Assembly: GCF_004010195.1 (NCBI RefSeq)
Contig: NC_057719.1
Location: 11,284,507 to 11,348,506 of the forward strand
Reading direction: 5' to 3'
DNA length: 64,000 nt
From: Chiloscyllium plagiosum
Taxonomy: Eukaryota
Shown one piece after another: positions 62,441-64,000 of this stretch. The first letter of the stretch is position 1, and each line of letters opens with the position of its first letter. A program made the position numbers and the translations under genes. The notes below the pieces were generated by a model. It was not told the origin of the DNA, searched no databases, and saw only the letters and a program-made list of their open reading frames with translations.

Positions 62441-63743
62441 GCATTGAGACATGGCTTTGGTTAAGTGGATATTTTTATTCACTTCTTAAAATTATTGCAT
62501 TTCATTTCTTGCAACTTTCTGAAATTCGCTGGAGAATGCACTCGTTTTTCTCCAAAGGACATTTATCCTCTTTGGGTTATAATATTAATTTGATCATTAG
62601 TGCCATCTACTGCACTCTTATTTCTTGAGAGTACTTTGTATTCAAGAACAGTGAGTTCCAAATTTGCCTCTTCTTTGAGTCAAATCTCTTATTGCTACTA
62701 TGTCATAGTCCCAAGTGGCAAATAATGCAGCGCACCAACTCATTTACCTTGCTACATGCATTTATGTATATATACCCCAACCCCTCCAGTTCCTGCAAAA
62801 TTCTACAATGCTATGGTGTTATTTGTCTTTCCCAGTCTTCTCTCTAATGTTCAGCCTTTAGGATTATTTATTCATTTTGTGAGTTATACTGCTAATGTGC
62901 ACTAGTATAAAGTGTGCAGTCCAAAAAATGGCACCAACGCTCAATATTAGACCCAATGTTCCACAGTACACTAAAGCCATGTTGTTTGACAGTCCCACAA
63001 GGGGACTGTCTTGAAAACAGAGTGCATCTCAATATTGTGCAAAGTCAGGTTTTAAAAATACCAAGCGTATATTTTAAAGTTTCATACAGAATCTGGTTTA
63101 GAACACAAGGTTCTAATGAAAAGATGTTCTGAGTATACAATCAAGCAGTTGGCTGATCCTGCACAACCTGGGGGACGCACAGCTAGTAATATAACCCCAT
63201 TTTGCCATTCGGTTGGCACAAATCTCTGTCCGAGACTGCATCAGTAATGCAAAGCAACTACAAGAGCCAAATAAAGCTTTAAAAACAAAGGCCATTATTC
63301 AGATTTTGTATCTTCTTTTCACCCTCTGGTCAACTTCCAAAGTCTTAATTCCTTTGTGGTTATAGACCTATGGAGTGTGAATGCTTTACACATTAGCATG
63401 AAATGCGGGCCTGAAGCCTGGGGCTAGATTTTCAAAGCTCCTACTGTACTGACAAGTAAGTTGAAATATGATGAAGGGATTTGCATACTGTGTAATACAT
63501 GGTGGTTTAACACAGGCAATGACTGCTGATGAGGACTGACTGTGCTGGGAATAAGCAGCTTGAGACTACAGAGATAGAAACAAACGTTTCTTGTAGTTTA
63601 GCTGTTCTCAGAAATTAATAAGGGAACATAGTGGGATAGTTGTGTTTTAATTGTCTATTCTCTCCAATATTCATAGTTATTTGTTACTTAAGAAAGCAAT
63701 TCAACATCTAAATAATGAATCATCTTAATTAGCATTGTAATAA

Positions 63744-63806
63744 ACATTTAGGTCACAACTTTGCGACGAAAAGTTGTGACCTAAATGTTCTTATTCTGCC
63801 AAAATA
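63744..63806. mobile_element. 63-bp minimal fold-back insertion, probably PLE/HHR-derived
   Basis: Perfect 20-bp arms AACATTTAGGTCACAACTTT / AAAGTTGTGACCTAAATGTT (63743-62, 63770-89), loop GCGACGA. 10-bp TSD ATTGTAATAA at 63734-43 and 63807-16. Confidence 0.75.
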
Positions 63807-64000
63807 ATTGTAATAACCTATTTCTATTTACCCCTAGCATGCAAAGGCACTCAATTTATGCATATGCCAAACGTTCGCCTCTTCAACTCCCAAAAGGTGA
63901 ATGTGAGATAGCATAATTCATTGCACTAACACTTCAATTCATATGGCCTTCTTCCACCAAGGGTGGGCTAATTGAAATGATCTCCCATGAGGAAGAAAAT

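Overview
Eukaryotic, repeat-dominated DNA, most likely intergenic or deep intronic sequence from a shark (elasmobranch). The organism is inferred from HE1/V-SINE, Deu-domain SINE and HER1-type CR1 families recognised by eye, not by database search. I recognise no host protein-coding gene. The ORFs I can assign are decayed LINE (CR1, Rex1/Babar, RTE, Tx1/L1), SINE, Penelope or tandem-repeat sequence, and the rest have no recognisable motif. The window also holds four solo LTRs, a ~1 kb 34-bp minisatellite, a 578-N gap and a ~3.8 kb CR1 with ORF1 (SGNH esterase) and ORF2 (APE endonuclease + RT) remnants. The most striking signal is more than 20 short (60-900 bp) Penelope-like element (PLE) derivatives from at least five sequence families. 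They carry minimal type-I hammerhead ribozyme (HHR) motifs (CUGANGA-stem II-GAAA-CGUC), are often fold-back palindromes, and about 17 have identifiable 7-16 bp target-site duplications (TSDs). One family appears to carry a U3:A8 covariant hammerhead core. Boundaries of old repeats are approximate (tens of bp).
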